From assembly GCA_964199315.1 (NCBI GenBank), contig OZ116701.1, positions 14,942,001 to 15,006,000 on the forward strand: DNA of 64,000 bases. The letters run 5' to 3'. Positions 45,031 to 60,000 of the stretch are shown here, piece by piece. Positions within the stretch are counted from its first letter, which is position 1. Every line of letters starts with the position of its first letter. The position numbers were made by a program, and so were the translations under genes. The DNA comes from Orbicella franksi. Lineage: Eukaryota. A model generated the notes under the pieces. That model saw only the letters and a program-made list of their open reading frames with translations, did no database searches and was not told the origin of the DNA.

Positions 45031-48000
45031 ACCTGCTGTTAATTGGCTTTGTAGTGTTCCTGACTGGGAAAGGCTTCCCAAAACAACACAAAATGAACTT
45101 TAATAAATGCGTTTAAAACTCAAATACAGCTGAAACAAAGGAAAAGAAAGAACATGCTGGTCAATTTGGACTTTGCGCTATCAAAAAATTTGCGCCTTCT
45201 CGTTCTGGTGGCCGTTATTGAATTTGTCGTAAATTGAAAGTAATTTTGACGGATTGTGTTTCACTATCAATTTCCTTGTCTGTTTGATAACGAAGAAACG
45301 TGACGCCTTTTGTCAAAAGCTGTCAGAAAGGCGGAGAACAGCGACATTCACCTGAGAACAACACATCCAAGCTAACATGCTTGAAACCGCATTAGATACT
45401 GTGTACTTGTCAGGGCTTGCTGTGAGGTTTATTGTCATTAAAGTGAGCTAAAGTTGCGCTCTTTTCAAAAGCTGATCCTTCGCGTAATCCTAAACAATTC
45501 GCGGCGATCGTGTTCGTGTGTTTACTGACAGCATGCCAAGCAATGTTTACGCGCCTGTCCGTACACGTCTTCCCGTTGTTTTGCAAACTATTATCATCAG
45601 CACTTTGAAAAGCTCGTTTACAACTAAGGCAAGTGCCCTAGACTAAGCGCTCAGGTTTAGCGTAATCTTGAAAATCTCTGATTTATTCATGCAAATTAAA
45701 TACGTGATGTGGCGGGCGTAGAGAGGTGAATGTAGGACCGAAGTTTAGTTTATAATTAGCAACTGAAACTGGACACTGCTGTATATGTGCTCCCTCCATG
45801 CGAGTAAAATTTGCGCGATCACCAAATAAATCGAGAGTTGAATTTTGAAATCAGTCTTCACACTGTATTCATCTGATTGTGCGATCCTTCGATTGCCCTT
45901 TGGCAGAACTAAACGCAACGAGAACAACAAAAAAAAAAACACTCAATAACACTGCAGGCACCCCGGCCAGATGGCGTAAACATTAGCATTAAAAGACGAA
46001 GTTATGACAAATTTGTTCGCGTAATTTTAATCATTATCAAATTAATCCCATGCGAGGTGACTTTTTTCAGTTTCCAATCTCCATAACGATTACCAAACCT
46101 TGCGCAATTTAAAAACATGCTGGCGTAGCTTGGCAAGTTTGGCATCCACCTCGGGTTTCACTTGCACGATAAACAGCGCGCGGTGTAACATAATCAGCTT
46201 TTGCTATCGCCTGGCAAGATGTGGTTTTTGTTCGCGGAGCGCGCGAGATGTGTACGTCTGAACCGAATAACTGTAACGAAAATTTGTTTGTCACTCGGCT
46301 TGTCGTACATTTCAACATTCAGTCAAGCAAGTGACGTTCTGGCGAAAACCTTCATCCTCCAAGCTGACATCTGCTAATTAGATCCTCGTACTTATCTACC
46401 CAGCGCACGACAATGATTAGCCGCATGAAAATAATATTAAAATCATTACGCTTTGCTTTGCAAAAGAATTTCAAATAAATACAGATAAAACAGAATATAC
46501 TCAGATCAAGAAACCAAGATTGCCGACGAGCTTGGAACGTAAATAATTTAACTTAGGCCTAAACAGACGCATTTTTTTAATCAACAAAGCAAAACCGCAA
46601 CTGGCATTCCATTCCAGAAAAAGCTATGCATCAGAATAATTTATCTGCTCAGCATTGCGGACCCTTGTTATTGAACGCATTATTTTCATTGATCAAAATC
46701 TCATGGCTTGTTTTCTGTTATTTTATCGACATCTTGTTTCGCTTAAACGCAGAATGAAAGACAGCGAATGAGAGCGTTCGACAGGGTGATAACTGCTCGA
46801 CTATTAAAACCGCGAAAGGTTGATGTATGTGACAAGCGAGGCTTGAAAACTACGAAAGTTTTGACACGTTATAATAACACACAGTCTGATATGATGCCTT
46901 CGAGGTGTCTGGTCACGCATCACTGGACCTTTTGCATTTTCCTTCGCGCCACAAATTTACCGCGGTCTCCATTTCGTTTCTGTTCTTTTTCAATAACATG
47001 GCAGCTTTGCTTTAATGAAGTTATGCTTCAATACTCGAAATTTCTGACAGATATATATCTGACAAATAATAAAAAGGCTTTAAAAATGTTTACATTCCCT
47101 GCGCTTTCCTTTCTAAATGCCAGACCAAGGGGGTTGTTGGTCTGAAGCACAGTCATTTCAACCTGTATTCTCACCCTGCTGTACACTCTTGTACATCTTT
47201 CTTTTATGGATGATAATGGCATAATCGGCGAACAGCCTCTGGATTGGTGACAAGGCGACGTCCACACTCGGCTGGCTTTTAAAGGACTGTTTGAAGTTTG
47301 TATATCATGCATGAAATTAGAATGGCTCTCCAATATTCACAATAAAATCTGTCATTACAAGCATGGCCCAAGTGTCAGGATGTCATGTTGCTGTTTATTT
47401 CTTTCGCTTACGCTTTTCTTTACCGCTATGTGGGGGGAAAACAGAGTGTTTGTGTTATCCGATTAAAAAAACCTTTGCCCCTTTAATAGGCATTAAAACT
47501 GCCACCAGATTTATTTACATCTCTAGGATATGGTATCTGTGAGGACGGTGTTCAACACAACAGCCTTGATTTGTCGCAAAATAAAACCATACTTCAATTT
47601 CACAACAAAGGCATGACAACTATGTCGTGTCCATTAGGACGCTTTGTAACACTCTTGGCGGTTAGCAAATGGGTTAAGTATTTTAGGATTAACTATGGCA
47701 TCAATCAAATGCGCTTCAAAGTCACTTTACGAACGAATTCAGCCTTCTTTGGAGTGCAGATATTAGGAATTATAACCTGTATGCGGAGTATTAGAAAGAT
47801 CTGGAACTTCTTACGAGACAGTAGGTCAGTTACTAAACCCTGGTAGGAGACCTCTGGAGGTTTGTTGTATATACTATCGATAAAGAGGGTGGAACTGGTG
47901 TTGTGATGGTGTATAAACATATCTGCACGATACGCAATTTTTGGCTCAGTCGTGCCAAAATAAAGGCGACGGAGGTCATGCTGGAGTGAAAACTGATCTA

Positions 48001-51000
48001 AACTGGAAACTTGAAAAAATGAGAGCTGGTTTCGAAAGAGGAAGTTTTATCACACGTTGAGCTTTTAATAAGTAACGTAGAATAGCAGTGCTTTTATTTT
48101 CAAAATCACCACACAGCATCATTTTGAGAACATAGCGACCCGGCAACTACCGCCTTCAACTGATTTTAAACTGACGACTAGCTAAAGCCGCCATTAATTG
48201 TATTGCCTTTGTCCAGTTGGTAAGGAAGTGTGTTTTAGCATGCGATGTGGCTTTTTGAAAGCTTGCTTGGCTTGTTTGTATACGAACATCAAATAAACTC
48301 TGCCGCTTTGAAGCGATTCAAGATTTACACTGTAATCACTTTTCGCGAATCGTCCAAGTTTTTCTCTTTGTTTGTTTAAAAGTTTGAGTTTCCCTGCGAC
48401 CTGCCTGTGTTCATTGTGAATTCTTATGGCGTGGAAAGCCAGCCGCAGCTATTTACCACAGACATTTTCAATCTCAACTTTGTGACCCTGCCACAGAACC
48501 TTGAATATTAATGGCGGATAAACGAGTGAAGGCGGTAAAACCCTTGTTGAAACAAAATGAACCAATAAAACTATCCTCACCTTCAGTTCATCACTTGTTC
48601 GATCCCCAAAGAGCCAGCTGGGCTTTTCGTTACGTTTATCAGCCTGCGTTCTGATCTTATTAAACGTCTGCAGTTTATTTCGAAATCGACCTCTTGGTAC
48701 TTCACACGACTACTGTTGTGAGCGACATATGATTTCAATATTCTGCAGACAAGAGATTCGGTTTAGGATTACACTTTTCGACTTCTCGACGATCCGTGAA
48801 CTGGGTTTCTTTCGGGAAAGAGATTATTCACGCGCCTAAAAATAAACCACTTATGTTTTAAAAAAAGCAGCCTGAAGTCATCGAAGATGGTAAAGTGCTC
48901 TCAGAGGAAGAGGTTTTTGAAATTCAGCTCGACCGGCCATCAGGCAAGGGTTCATAGACTGGCATGTATTTCCTTGTGTGATATTCGTGCATCATTTGAG
49001 TTGAAAGGGAAGTTTGCTCTCCAGCGAAGCTACTTGTACTGCGCGTGTACGTTCAGCTTCGCTTGCCTTAAAGAACCTCTGTTGGCGTACTAACACAATA
49101 CTGCAGCCGCAGCTTGGTGCGAAAATTAGACATGAATAGACAGATGAGCCTTGTCTCGAGTGAGAACTCGGCCAATATCGACCATAGGTAGGCCCATCCG
49201 TTGGTGGAAACGAGTCAGTCATCACGGATTTAACATGGAATTACTCTGCCAGCAAAAGAAATTTTTCACTCCTATTTTCCACTCCTATTTGTGTTACATA
49301 GATGTGTGTCATGGTGATGAAAAGACTACTTATACTTCTGGCGGTTGCCTTCGCCTCCATGTTGACATCTGCCCTCCATATTGGTTTCGCCTGTTCGCAA
49401 GAGAGGCATGTTAAATTTAATCGTTGCGCTGGATCTTTGCATACAAATCCTATTTGCTCAAATTAAACTGTAGGACAAAGGTTAACCTTAGAAAACTGTA
49501 CTTTTTGACAGCATCTAAGTTTCACAAAATCGGGTACGAACTCGTGGAAAAAGGTCCTACATGATGTAGGTTAGTATTAAATTCGCAGTTTCGTTAGAAA
49601 GAGTGGCTTTAGGTTTTAAAACCACTCAGCATTCATACTACTGGTATTAAACAAGTTGTGTAAATAAATTGATGTAAGAACAGTGGTTCTATATTTGTGA
49701 AATCTTTTCTTGGAAACAAAGTTGCTCTTTATTCGTCGAGTTATTTATTGCCATAGCTCGTCATTTCAGTCCATTTCAGTCCATTTCAATCAACTGGTCA
49801 AATTTTGACAACTTCGTCGCTAAACCGCTCAGCACTGCTAATGGCTTTCCACTGTCTTTTTTTAATTATCTCAGCGAGCAAAGGCGGAAAACCGAAGGTT
49901 AACCTGGGTTTATTTAAGAAAGCTTTGGACTTGTCACTCTGCTGCCCGGGAACGTTTAGCACCAGACGATTATGATCGTCAGTTTCAGGTCGGGGTGCAG
50001 TAGTGCGGTCAAACACGTTAGCCGTCCACGAAACCGGAAAACGCTTTGTAGAACATACTATAATACCATTAACGAACTTTACTTTTCCATCAATAAAGCT
50101 GCTAAACAGCTTAGGGAGGAAAGCATGAGAAGTGGATATTGCATCCGTGACAAATACCGGCCTCAGTCTCTCTTTGGAGCATCCTAGACACGAGTGACAC
50201 GATAACAATTCACGTTTGAATTTTCTGTCGACCTTTCACGGAGTGCTTTGTCGTTTTCCGAGGTACCAGGTTATTCTGTGCCATTGCTATGTTTACGTCA
50301 AGAATAAAGATCAAAGCGCAAATTTTCGTGTAAATTTAGGATAACCAAACAATAATCTTCCCGCCCAAAAATTCAACGCTCTCCCGCTTTGGGAAGGAAT
50401 CTCCAATCCGGTCTTGTTGTTCAAACCCAAGTCTTAAGTTCGTCCAAATTTGCCTTGTGAATGCACAGTATTAGTCACGTTTCTTTTCATAAACCGTTTT
50501 GCTACCGTAAAATCGTATTAGAGGCTTTTTGGGGGTTCTGCTTTTTGAATAATCATTCCGTCGTTGTTAATCTTTGTGGTAGATGTCTGTCAACAAAAGA
50601 TGGTTCTGAAACTACTTTGGAAAACACTATTTGAAATTAGTTTCAAATAAAAGTCTGTTGACATCAAACGAAGGTGGAAATTAGTAAGCCTTTCAAGGGT
50701 GAGCTTGACGAGCCGAGGCAATCTACCTCAAGCGCGAAAATCGGACGATTCAGTGAAAAGTTGTCTCAAGTGTCCTTAGCTTTTTCACGCGGCCGAGCAG
50801 GTGGTTGTGGATATGTTCTCCTTTCTTTCTTTCTTTTTTTTTTCGCAAGGTACAGTCTCTTCCTTCCTGTAGTGATTGTTCGTCAATGTGTTCTAAAGTA
50901 CATGGTCCAGCGCCAATAACGTCCATGGTGTTAAATTAACTTAACATTTGAAGCCGAATTCCTCATTGTAAATCGAACACTGGGCAATAAAAAACGTGGT

Positions 51001-54000
51001 CGACACTTAAAGATTGGAAACCTCTTCGCTCCCCTTCGCGTTTATTTCTTGCCGGTTACCTTCATTCTATGTCGCTCTCAGACTGTTTTAACATGCCGTG
51101 CGTTATAGAAACTAACTTGAAATAAGTAAATAAAAAGCACGCGGTCCTTTTCAAGCGTAAGCGTTCACTTTACAAGTGTAGTTTTATTCTTTTATGCGAC
51201 TGTCGATGCCGCCATGACTATTAATATGCCGTGTGTCGGTTGTGTTGACTTTAATTTGAAAAGGCCTTGAGTTATAAGCTGTGACATTTCTTCAGAGCAG
51301 CGATCAATGCACATTTACCGCACAATTACAGAGTGGGCCGAACAGCAATCCGAGCTTGGATTTGTACCGGCGAACGAATGATGAGCTTGCGAAAGGCATT
51401 CGATCAGGTTTTTGCCTCAGCGGAAAGAAGCAAAGGGGAACTTCAAAAGACATCGAAGAATAAATGACGCCACTGATGTTTACAGAAAGGAAAAAGAAAA
51501 CACTCACAGAAGTGATCACGCTTTTCTTTCATGGCATAAACAATCTCTGTTCGTTACTGCAGACTGCATTGGTGCTTTGGGAATTTCACGAGCCGGTGGC
51601 GAATTGTGTTTCTTGCCTTAACATCGACTAACTCGTTGCCAAGACACTTTTTAAGGACGTCGGACACTTCAGAGCATCGTAAACGTGGACTCATTATTTT
51701 GAAGTACAGGTCTACTTTATTCGCTTCATAGTAGGCGTGAAGCTGATTTCATGCCGAATATTTCATTTTCATTAAGTGTTGAGGATAAGCCGCGTCCGAA
51801 CGTTCTTTATTTCGAGAGGTTGGTTATTTGATAGCGATGGAAAGCGAAGAAGCTGTCTAAAATGTCCACATCTGTCTGTCAGAACACGGGCTTGAGGAAA
51901 GCGGATGAAAGGCGACCGAAAACAAACTTAACATACCAAAAACACTAGGCAAATGTGGAAAATATATTTTATGCTTATATATCGCGTTTCTTCAACTCCT
52001 CTGCTCATTACAAGCTTAGAATCAGAAAACTCTGAGTTCGCTCTCGTTTCAAACAGTATAGATAGGTATTTTCTTCAAAACGGGTCAAACCTGAGATGCT
52101 CATGATCATGATGCTTTGAGAAATGACGACCACCGAAGAAGTTTGTTCTGCATCTTCGAATTGCAGTGACACTGATGTGGCGGAGGCAAAGCTATGATAT
52201 CAGGTAAATAAGAATTCCAGTTCAACCATAATGGGTTGTTGTTTGGTCTAAGCATTCAATATTGCCGGCAGATCGTGCCATTCGCTCTTGTATGTACTGA
52301 TTTTGCTGTCAGAACATCCACTTCCATGATTACAATGCCTCGAGCTGAGTTCAGATATGATGAACGGTATTCTAGTGCAAGTCAATCGAACATTAATCAT
52401 CTGTGAATGCTTTGTCAGCTTAGTGTTTATTAGTTTTCACTTTGTGTGCTGTAAACGTGTAAAGTTTTAAGTCAATTTCTATTTTAGTTTGTTAGTTTGC
52501 TTGAGGTAATCCGGCGGATATCGCGGCTCAACTCGCTAATTTTTCCACGGCCATTTTGTCTTCTTTACAATTGAAAAAGAAAACTGTGCTAATAGTCACG
52601 GACTTATTTCTCGCGAAAGCCTTGCCATACAATACTAAGTGATACTTCGAGAATTGTACTTAAAATTGTATGCTCAAGTGTGTAATGGGTCCACCGAGTA
52701 CAAAAACTGTGATCCAGTTTTATCAGACACCAAACTGTTATTAAAATGTTCTCAACGGTTAAACTTCGATATTTGACGCCCGACAGTTACCACAACAACC
52801 TATAATGTCGAACGTAGTTTAGGAAGGTAATTGCCTCTCGTGTTCAGCAATTTTTTCTCGTAATCCAAATACGTATCATGTAAACAATTTTTGCTTTGCC
52901 GAGTGGGTGCCATATTGGCAAGATATACAATACAGAACCTTACCCCCTTGTCGTCGAACTGTACCGGGGACAGTGCCAGGCTTTGCAATGCGTGAAGATC
53001 CTGAAAGTGCGACATCGACATCTTTCCCTCTTAGCTTTTCTGAGACAGGAACTGGTATTTCTGCGAGAGCTGTAATATTCGAGGTCCAATTGTACTAGTA
53101 CCGTTCGGTAGCAACGCACGGAGGGTAGATTGTCGTGACTCAAGAGGCGATTGGGTGGCTTGATTCAAGGCCCTGCTGGGTCCTGTCGAATCCCCGTTAA
53201 GAGCCCGATTGAACTCTCATGAAGGAGGTGAATCTCGACGGACTTATATAGTTCACTGCGGCTATGCGTTCCTCATATCCTACAGATTCGCTGAAGAATC
53301 TCATTTTTAACGTGTTTGGTTTCGACATTGTCGAGGAGTGATTTCGCGCGCTTGATAAGAACACATTTGATTTTGGTTTTTCAATATAAGCTTCTGAACA
53401 CTACATTTTGGTTGACTACTTCAATAAAAGAAAATATATATCTTTTTCGTTTAAAATAGGTCAATAACCAAGATAACTTACTTTAGCTGTTGGCAAGTTT
53501 CTTCTGGTAAACACTTTTTGCTGATAGCTCTTTACATGAACTTAAAAACCGCAATTGGGAATAAGAGTCCATGGACAAATCATGTGCGAAGAACTCGAGT
53601 GTCTTGTACTAATGATCTTAGAGTTTTATTTTTGTTGAGACTTTGCACAATTTGTTTGAATTCCTAAAATTATTTAAGGACAACTGTGGGAGTTATCATG
53701 CAAAACATACATTGTGGTATTAGTCTAGGTTGAAATTTTCACTGCAAAATCTGAAGCTTTCCAGTCGACGCATAAAATGAAAATCATCCAGGTTTTTGAA
53801 CTGCCTCACGAAGGAGTCTATTTCCGTGCGGAATATGACTGGGATACGTTAGGTTAAAGTCTTCGAATAAGAGAACTTCAAGAGACCAGTATTTTTCTAA
53901 ACTAGCTAGAACAAATGTCGCACACTAGGAAGCGCAAAGAAGGGAAGAGAAAAAATTTAAAGTATTGGACAGTTTAGAATCATACATGTTTGTCACCATC

Positions 54001-57000
54001 ATCCAGTCTGAAACTTCATCAAAAGAGCGTCATCTCATTTCACCATTTTTTCCCAACAAATCAACCGATTTTTTTGCTCTCGCAGATTTAGTTTTGAAGA
54101 ACTAATAAAAGATGGCTTGTTGGCATTAGTGATATTAATCGGAGCTGTTGGAAAAATTTTGGTTCTCAGTGAACTGCCGTGTGCCTTGAACGTGAACCTC
54201 AGTTTATCCAAATCAACAGCAGCGAAGAGGCAATTTCGAATTGTTTAATTTCTTGTCGTGCAGGGCTTAACAGCCTCAACTAAGCAGACGACTATAGTGT
54301 ACTAGTACCAGTTGGTTCAAGTAATATAAAGACTTACATTTAACCTTTGGGTCTGTCTTCGTTTTGTTAACCTTTGCTGGTGGTGTGTGCTGTTTAATTG
54401 TGGAGTATGTTACTTGGTTTGCTTTAGGTTTAAGCGACAGACCGGTTTTGAGAATGACGCTAGAACTAATACAAACCGACAGACACCTATACAGTTTTCG
54501 TCGCCTTAGCTTGGGCGAAATCATAAAGCTCTCGATCGCTAACAAAGGAGCTTTGCGGCTACCGCAATTCCCGAGGTATCGGATTTAGGTCCACAGTATT
54601 CCACGTTTTAATTGAAGTATACTTGTAAATTGAAAAATCGATCTCAAAGGGATGAGTTTACAGGGTTCACGTTTTTGGCAACTGAGGTGATAAAAACACT
54701 TCAAAGGCTCGAGTGTATTGTGCTGAGGTACAACGCTTGGATCGTATATCTAGATGAAACTTCGAAAACAAAACGAAGCTAGTGTGTGTTTAGCTGGTCA
54801 CCACGTGTACAGGAACAACACCCCGATTGTTATCTCTGTCCGCGGCCTGATTTCGTCCATGAATGCCATTCTGTTTCGCATAGAAAAAAAAAACAGACTC
54901 CAAAGTTTTTTCTGAGTTCCTTCAGTGGCGCGGTCTAATTTTACCGGTAGCCTGCTTCGACTAAAGCGTAATTGAACTGCTTCACTCAGTCTAGTCCGGC
55001 AACCTCAAGTAACGACGTCAACTGACACTGACAAACGTTATTTATTTTAGCAGCAAAAGTTTTGTTTCATTGTAATTCACAACAAAAATAAGATCACGAC
55101 CCCACAAAAGTAAGAAGTCAGTAGTGGCGGAGAAGCTGATAGGGTTTCAGTTCAAAGCCTGTTGTTTCGGGTTTACCCAACGTTGAAGAATCTTGTTACA
55201 AATGTTGAGGAGAAAATGTTTCTCACTCTGTCATTCTGCATACTGATTTTAGCCTTTGGAGGCAAAAATCCACCCATCAGCTGAGAATTTTTTTTTATTA
55301 TTTTGTTGTCTTAAAAGTTCCCCCGTATTCACATTTACAGCTATCTCGACAAACGCAAAAAAAAAAATCAATGTCTCATTCTGATCAGTACTGAACTGCT
55401 TGTCTTCGAAAATTCATTTTGTCATCTAGAAGAACATATATACACTTATCAGAGTACTGCTTTTGTCATAATTTGAAAGCGTGTCGCTGGGTTTAGTTTA
55501 TTTTTTTCTTTCCAACAAATGACATTTTATAGAAAATAAAAAGAAACCACTTCTGTTCTTATCAGAAGATAACTGAGTTGTTTTTCAAACATGTCAACGA
55601 ATTTTCACTGGTCTTGGCGTTTGATTTCAAACCGATCATTTCGGAATTCTCTAGTGTTGAAATTGCTTGGGTTGCTTGTCTTCTTCGGGACGGTTACACT
55701 GAATTAGACGTCTTGATATTTGTTGTGTAAAATGACGCGGCCCTGTGGTAAACATTCACTGGTAACCTTTTTCTTGTTTTTCCTTTCGATCACTACGACT
55801 TTTTTGCAAAATTGCTCAGTGAGTGTGATGAGGTACGTGGTGTGCTCTAGACGAAGAGAATTCGTGTGAATATAGACGTAAACTAAGCAAGAAAAGGCGT
55901 AATAGCCTTCTGCTTTACAACATCTGAAGCGCTTATTGCCAGCGCTTCTAACGAACCTGAAATTTACCGGGTAAGCAAAGTTTCCTTTTTGCTGGAAGTG
56001 CTAAGATAAAAGTTTCACGGTGAACGGCAAACACAGTGTTCGGTGTTTTATCAATTTATTATAAGATCCAAGCGAAGACAACCTGCAACAATTGAATTTT
56101 GCCACGTTGTGCCACTAGCGCGGCAGTAATCTAGAAATTCAGAAATTCAATTTTTTATCGTGTTGAAGAAAAAAAAATCAGAGTATAGAAATACACTTTT
56201 CACAGCAATGTGCAAGATTCAAAATAATTGTCTCTGAGCGCTGTTTCAAACAAGTCAGTTGTTATTGTGGTTGACCGGTTTCTGGGAGGAGCAGTTTCAA
56301 GGAGAGCCCCATTTTCTTGTCGTTTTATTCGCGCTAGCGATATGATCAAGAAATTCCTTTAAATATCAAAACAACGCACGTGAGCTACGAATGTCACTGA
56401 TAAAATAGAGCTTTTATGTCGAAAGCTTTACGGTAAGCAGAGGTTCTCTCCAAGCTCAACCGATTTATCGACGCTTTATTTTTGTAGCAATGTTTTCGCG
56501 TTGTGTTGGTTTTCATAATTTTTGAAGTGGTAAAAAGTAATGGATGAAAATCAGATCAAGGGACTTAAGGACAGTTTTCCTCATTCTTATTTGGAGTATG
56601 TGAAAGATTGCGAGCGATTAAAATGAATGTAAAACTAGTACAATCTCAGGGGATATTGAAACCAAAGGTTAAAGTTCTCAAAGCAGTCAGGGTTTGCCTA
56701 GAAGGTATGTCAACATGGCGTTGAATAATATCTTCTTTACATAGCATGAATGTTTGTTTACTTGTTAATCTCACACCGAAAGAAAGTCAGCCTAGCTTGC
56801 CCTGTATTTTGATCTTGTAAACACTCTTCGGTGGTTGAAGAAAACGTTTCCGAGCTGCAATCGATACATACTGGCGCAAGGAACAAATATACGAAAGCAA
56901 TGAAGGCGTGGCTTTGTAAGCTAAAAAATAAACACAAAAATATTGCTGCGAGGAAGATAACATTTTGTCGTGTTTTATTTTTCAGTAAACGCCAATGCGT

Positions 57001-60000
57001 GGTTACCGTTTGACCAGCCCAGAAAACGTTTCTGGGTTATGGGGCGTCCGTTTTTGAACTGACACAGGCGGCGAAGAAAACTGATTACAAAGATGGCAAA
57101 TGACAGAGTAACATAAAAGGAACGTATCGTCTTAGCACTGACCACTTCCAGAACATGTCTCAAATAAAATTGGTAATAAAGTTAAAACTTGCCCACATGT
57201 ATGTCTTCAAATTTTAACACGCACTTATAACCGTCTTATAACTGTTTGACACGGCGGTAGACTTTTTGTGGAGAGCAAAAGCTTAGTTTTCAATACACAA
57301 CAATGTGACCAGATATTTGGCTTTCCAAGACAAGTTACAGTTCAACCTTCATCTCCAAAGAATGAAATCATCGCCTTAATCCCAGAACACCACTTTAAAC
57401 TAAATCATTTGTATAAACCCTTTTCCCCCACTTATCTTGTTGAAGCGTCTCTGATATAAGATTATATATACCCTTTGTACGGGAAGCGTTTCCTTGGAAA
57501 ATCAAAAAATCTGACCATGTTCGCAGTATTATAGTTTGTAATGAGTCAGAATTTTGAAGAAGTATTAAAGGAGGATTATGTCTGAAAATTTGTTCTTTCT
57601 GAAAATTATCTTATTTTGACTTTCTTGACTTGCCACAAAGGAGGATTACAGGGCTTTGAATTAGGTGGACCGCCAAGAGTCCACCAAATTGTCTGAACTA
57701 TCATTTAAGGAAATAAACGGCATTCAGCAAGTCGAGAACCACAACAATCCGCGTTGCATTGGTTTGTGAGTGTGATAAAGTTGTAATCAATATATAGGAG
57801 AGGGAAATCACTCGATCGATTCTTTTTGTTTTTCCTACCGGTTTAATTTGATGCCAAGTCGGTTATAATCGTGTTCTCAGTTAAAGCAAAGGATTTTACT
57901 CGATAATTTATTTCACAGAAATGATGAACATTAATTTTCTCGTTACAATATCGATGTTCTTCAAGCCGATATAGGTTATGAGGACAAAGAAAATTATGCA
58001 TCACCCTGTTACCTTAATTATAAAGGAAACGACTAGGGTTTCCTATAAAAGAAATACCGTCTTTTTGTTTTGGAACACTGTGGAAGTTTGGTTGTTTTAG
58101 CCTGGTTTGAGCTCTTGTAGTATGCCACATTGTTTTAGTAAAACACTGATGGCGTAGAAATGCTAATGAATATTTAATAGGAATGATATCAATAGTTTTC
58201 TATCATTGCTACAGGAAAATTCAAACTATCTAACACAGAATTCTAAACTTTTAATATTAGGGTAACGTGTGCACATTTTCAAAAGAACACTATTCCGAGA
58301 ATATGGCTAACGGCGTTGATCAGCTTGAAACAGAAACAACTGTTAACACAAGATGGGAAACTGACAGCCATCGAGATGAAAACGACGTAAAGAAGATAAA
58401 TTTTAATCAGCGTGAAAAATTTGAGTCAACAAACGTCATTTCAAGTGGGCAAAAATATTAACGTCATGTAACTAAACGAGCCGTTTGAAAGTAACTCAAG
58501 AGATGCACTCGACTTGCTCCGCCTATCGCCATGTTATGACTACACCGGACCATCTGCTCAAAACCGCAACAGGCTGTGTTTGAGATCATGGCTGTTATGG
58601 TCCATTGTCTCGAACGGAACAAACAAAACATGCCGCAGAGTATTAAAATAAGAATTTGCAACAAGGGGACGGTAGCTTTATAGACTTTAAAAGATGGAAC
58701 ACGAAACGGGCCAAGACGCTACCCAGACTGCCCTCGCTGTCTTCAAGGGGGGCGGCCAACGAACAGCTGGCGACGGACGCCGGAAAGAGAGCTGAGAGAG
58801 AGGCAAGCTTGAACTGACAAAGAGAAGCAGAAGATAGAAGGGATGAAGAGGGCTGCTGGAAGACCTATGTGATATACCGCGTGGGGTGAAAGAGTTTAAA
58901 GAACTCAAACTTAAAACTTGTCTTTTATTTTATATTTTATCCACTTGCTAACCGCTACCCGTCATTGCATACTTATGTTACGCGAGTTAAGTTTTGACAA
59001 GTGATTAATCCGTGTTTAACAGATAAAAAAAAACATGTTTATCTTCATTTTCTTTTGTCATCTTTTTTTTTTTTTGGCATCTTTCTAGACATTTTTGCCT
59101 TTGGGCAACCTGACAGAAAGAACTGCTTACAATTTGGACCACGTTGCGTTATTGACTGTTACAAATGAGTGCAGATTTGTAATAATGCTTAACTCGTATG
59201 TTTTGTCTTGCGTATAATGAAAGATCATAATTTTCTTTTAAAGTAATGAATGTTTTGGTCTCGAGACAATCATTTGTCAAGTGAGTGTAAGTTATTTGAA
59301 TTCATCAGGCACGTTTTCTACTTGAAAAACGGCCGTCTTATGATCATACTGATAGAGTTGAGAACAATATATGTTACAATGTCGCTCACATCAGAAATAA
59401 TTTTGTCGACAGTAGAACTGAGAATCCATAAATGCTGTTTTCAGTAAAAAGGAAAAACATTTCCTTTTCTAGTAAAGTTTGTCTTTCCTTGCCAACGCTC
59501 CAACATTAGACACGAATTTATAAAATGCGCGGTGAAAACGTCAATTTTTACTTAAAACAAAAAAGCGCTCGACTTAACAATGTTTGAAAGTGGTATTCGT
59601 AACACGGAGTCTTAAATACTTCAGCAGATTAACTCGAGAGGGAAAAAAAACGAAATTAATAATCCGCTATTTCATTCAGCCGAAGTAGATTCCAATGCTA
59701 AAGGTTCACGTTTTTTTTTTTTTGTTTCTCCCGAAGGAACTCGCTAAAGTGAAAATGGTAAAGAGCACTTTTGCGATTCGTCAATTGACATAAGATTTTG
59801 TGGCGTGAATTGTGAAATCACTTTTTCCCTTGTAAACGGACGTGATCCACTAAATAACCTTTAACCATGACGTAATAATTAGCCGTGAAAGGAGTCCTCC
59901 GTGATCTGTGATTTTGTTGCAGTCGCACGTAATTGCGCGAGGAAATCGTTTAACTTTTCGGTGTAATTCGATTTGTCTTCCTATTCCCCAGCCATTCTGC

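Noticed and set aside
49758-49790. (CATTTCAGTC)x3 mini-repeat
   Set aside because: It is an ordinary short slippage duplication.
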